Assembly (NCBI RefSeq): GCF_000143415.4
Contig: NW_003314441.1
Location: 1 to 34,867 of the forward strand
Direction: 5' to 3'
DNA length: 34,867 bases
From: Selaginella moellendorffii
Taxonomy: Eukaryota; Plantae; Lycopodiophyta
Shown here: in pieces, positions 32,444 to 34,867 of the stretch
Position numbering within the stretch: position 1 is the first letter of the stretch
Layout of the letters: every line of letters starts with the position of its first letter
Notes under the pieces: model-generated
What the model saw: the letters and a program-made list of their open reading frames with translations, nothing else
Told to the model about the DNA's origin: nothing
Database searches by the model: none
Program-made: the position numbers and the translations under genes

Positions 32444-34867
32444 TCAAACCATTTTGTCGACAAAGCAATACACACTGGGCTTTAAAACATCTTTCAGCCG
32501 CGTGAGATCTGAGCCACGTATTACATCCTCATTGTCATGGGAAGACTTGCGAAGTTTTTTCTTTATATCTACCAAAAACACATCATAAACTTAGTCATGG
32601 CAGCTCCAACACTTACTTGGCAATCTTTTTCTTTCACTTGAAACTCCTGCATTGATTTTAGATAACAGTAATCGTTTTTGTGGATCTGTACCATTGCAAA
32701 CGTAATCTCCCAAAGGATGAAAAATAATCCCATACCGTGTATGAATGATTTTAATATTTTAGCTGGTCTTTTCACCTTTCTACAAGCTTTCATGAACTGT
32801 TTGATAGTTGTTGCGCTTTTAAATCCCCTGTGCATTGTACAAGTTGAAAACAAGTATCAACCGGGAGAGTTACGCACCATTCATCAGCTATCTGTGCCAG
32901 TTCGTTCTTTATCTCCGGTTCGTCGCCAAGCTGATACCATGCAAGTCATGCTACAGAATCAATGGCATTCTTACCTTAGATTCAGTTCGATTGCTCCTAT
33001 TAAGGAGACACCGGAGTAAGCAATCTACGTCCTGCAATTGACCAGAAGATGCTGAGCCAACGATTATATCCTGACCAATCGGAAATGTCCTTGTAAAGTG
33101 ACAGCACAAATTGAATGGACTTACTTTTGAACACCCGAATTGGTTATCATCAACAAAGAAATGCTCTTCGTCAACAAGGCCGTAGTCAAAAGTGTCGTTG
33201 TCGATGTACTTGGAGCTTGCAATTGCTCCTTTTAATTTTTTGCGAAATGAATACCCTCTCCAAAGAGCCTGCAGCTTAATAAAGGATTCTTTTGTTTTAT
33301 GGCGATTCAATAACGCAATTTTTTTTTGCATTGTCCTTCCTTTCCATAGAGCTTGTATGGCATTAGTAGCCTCATTCTTTCTTGTCAAAGCTGCCCACGA
33401 GGTGTTTTGAAAGCTGACGTGTTCCTCCAAGCAAATTTCCAAGTCATTTTTTCTTGTATTGACATAGTCATCTCTTTCAGCTGAAAAATCCTTGCTTGCA
33501 AGTAAAAGCTTTTCCCTCTGCTTCGAACACATCTGTAAGCTACATAGCACGTCCAGCTTTGCTCGCACGTCGGTGGATAAGCAGAGGCCTTTCTCATTAA
33601 CATGTTCCAATCCCGAAGCTGCCAGGGTAGATCTTATACTGTCGTACTGAAGAGCTTCGAGCACTGCTGCCCGCAGGATAATCCAATAAGCTGAGCCGTT
33701 TCGGAACGTATCTAAGGGAAGAGTATGCTGCTCCAAATCCTGGTTGTGCCCAGCAGAAATCGCAGTCGGATGCTGGAACCACTGATAGGACTGATTCTGA
33801 GTTGTGCACTTGATCACCACCATTTGAATCTCATCCGGCTTTTCGCATACTGAGGAAATTATTTCATTTCGTGCAGCTTTTTCATGAAGATATTGCATCC
33901 CAATAACACGCATTACGTTTAGAAAAATCGTTTTGACGACCTCGCTTTTAGTGCTTTCTCCTACTGCCTCATTGTCGAGCTCGATCAACCAAGGCACAGC
34001 GTTTAGAACAGTATCCACATACTCCACGTGCTCAGAAACAGGATTGTCATTCAGCTGCAAAGACCGCAAATGTATAAAGCACGCAAGTTGACGCAACTGA
34101 GTCAAATCAGATATTGAATTGAACGACAAGTCAAGCACCTGCAGCCAAGACGTTAAAGGTGTCTATGTTCACTAGGAATTAGAGGTACCTCCAGTGCTGG
34201 GCAGCCCCATAGAGGCTCAATCGTGTCAATCGAATTATCTTGAAGGTATAATCTTTGTAAGTTTGGCATCCAAGCCACAGAAGACAACTTCCGAATAACG
34301 TTACCGTTAAGCCACAGTTCACGCAAGAGGACACTTCCCGCAAATGTTGGGAGATCTGTAAGCCGATTTCTTGAGGCTACAAGCGACATAAGGAGAGGAC
34401 AGTTTCTCAATGCGTCCCACAGACTCGGGCCTTTGAGCCTATTCTGTCCAACATCTAGTACTCGTAGCTGGTTTAGCCCAGTCAATGCTGTACCCATGGT
34501 GACGAGGTGGTTTGATGCAAGGTCTAAAACTTGAAGACACGGACAAAAGACTCCCATCTTTGATATTTTGGCTATTCTGTTGCAGCTCAGGGTGAGCTCT
34601 TTGAGCTTCACACAGTAATTATAATTAACCGTAATCTCTTGAGTCTTCTGGCACCAAGGACCAAGACTAATAAGATTATTCCCATCGAGGTGAAGACTTT
34701 CTAAACTACATAGGCTCTGCAAGCCTGAAAGATCCGATATGAAGTTGTTTCGTGCCGAAACATGCTCTACCTGCTGCTCACACCCAAGAAAAGCATCCTT
34801 CAGTGTGGTTAGACGATTCATATCACAAGTAAGAGCTATTATCCTGGGACACCATTCAGATATCACC
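32444..34867 (-). CDS. LRRIQ1: Leucine-rich repeat and IQ-domain protein (LRRIQ1-like), 5' end outside window
   Basis: SDS22-like LRRs with LRR cap (LQLNDNPV..YVDTVL..LIELDN). IQ motifs IQALWKGR and LQALWRGYSFRKKL..YIDNDTFDYGLVD. C-terminal 'ADEWGFKS..DPQKRL'. Exons: ..34189, 34138-33125, 33070-32975, 32930-32878, 32827-32736, 32685-32617, 32568-32444 (last exon less certain). Confidence 0.8.

Noticed and set aside
31244-32444. Treating this stretch as further exons of LRRIQ1
   Set aside because: The LRRIQ1-like frame stops at ~32444 after its C-terminal motifs, and the downstream exons form their own ATG-to-stop model.

Overview
Eukaryotic land-plant genomic DNA with very short (~45-70 nt) introns and cilia-related genes. 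This is most consistent with a compact flagellated-sperm genome such as Selaginella (inference). The window has two parts. (1) 1-25027 is a stack of non-autonomous Helitrons. Five hairpin-type CTAG 3' ends occur at 2117, 13322, 20676, 21807 and 25027. The first four are each followed immediately by a Helitron-like 5' terminus lacking its first bases. The stack carries Rep/Hel remnants, AT-rich repeats and broken intron-containing host gene fragments (class III peroxidase, MRL1 PPR, kelch protein, LAF3-like amidohydrolase, Ser/Thr kinase), plus a dead DUF659/hAT transposase. (2) 25127-34867 holds three apparently intact genes, all linked to male gametes: an 18-exon GEX2-like adhesion protein (+) with eight one-exon filamin/Ig modules, a 6-exon putative flagellar protein (-) largely invisible in the ORF track, and the 3' part of an LRRIQ1-like gene (-). 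All gene models and homology calls were made by eye and need database confirmation.
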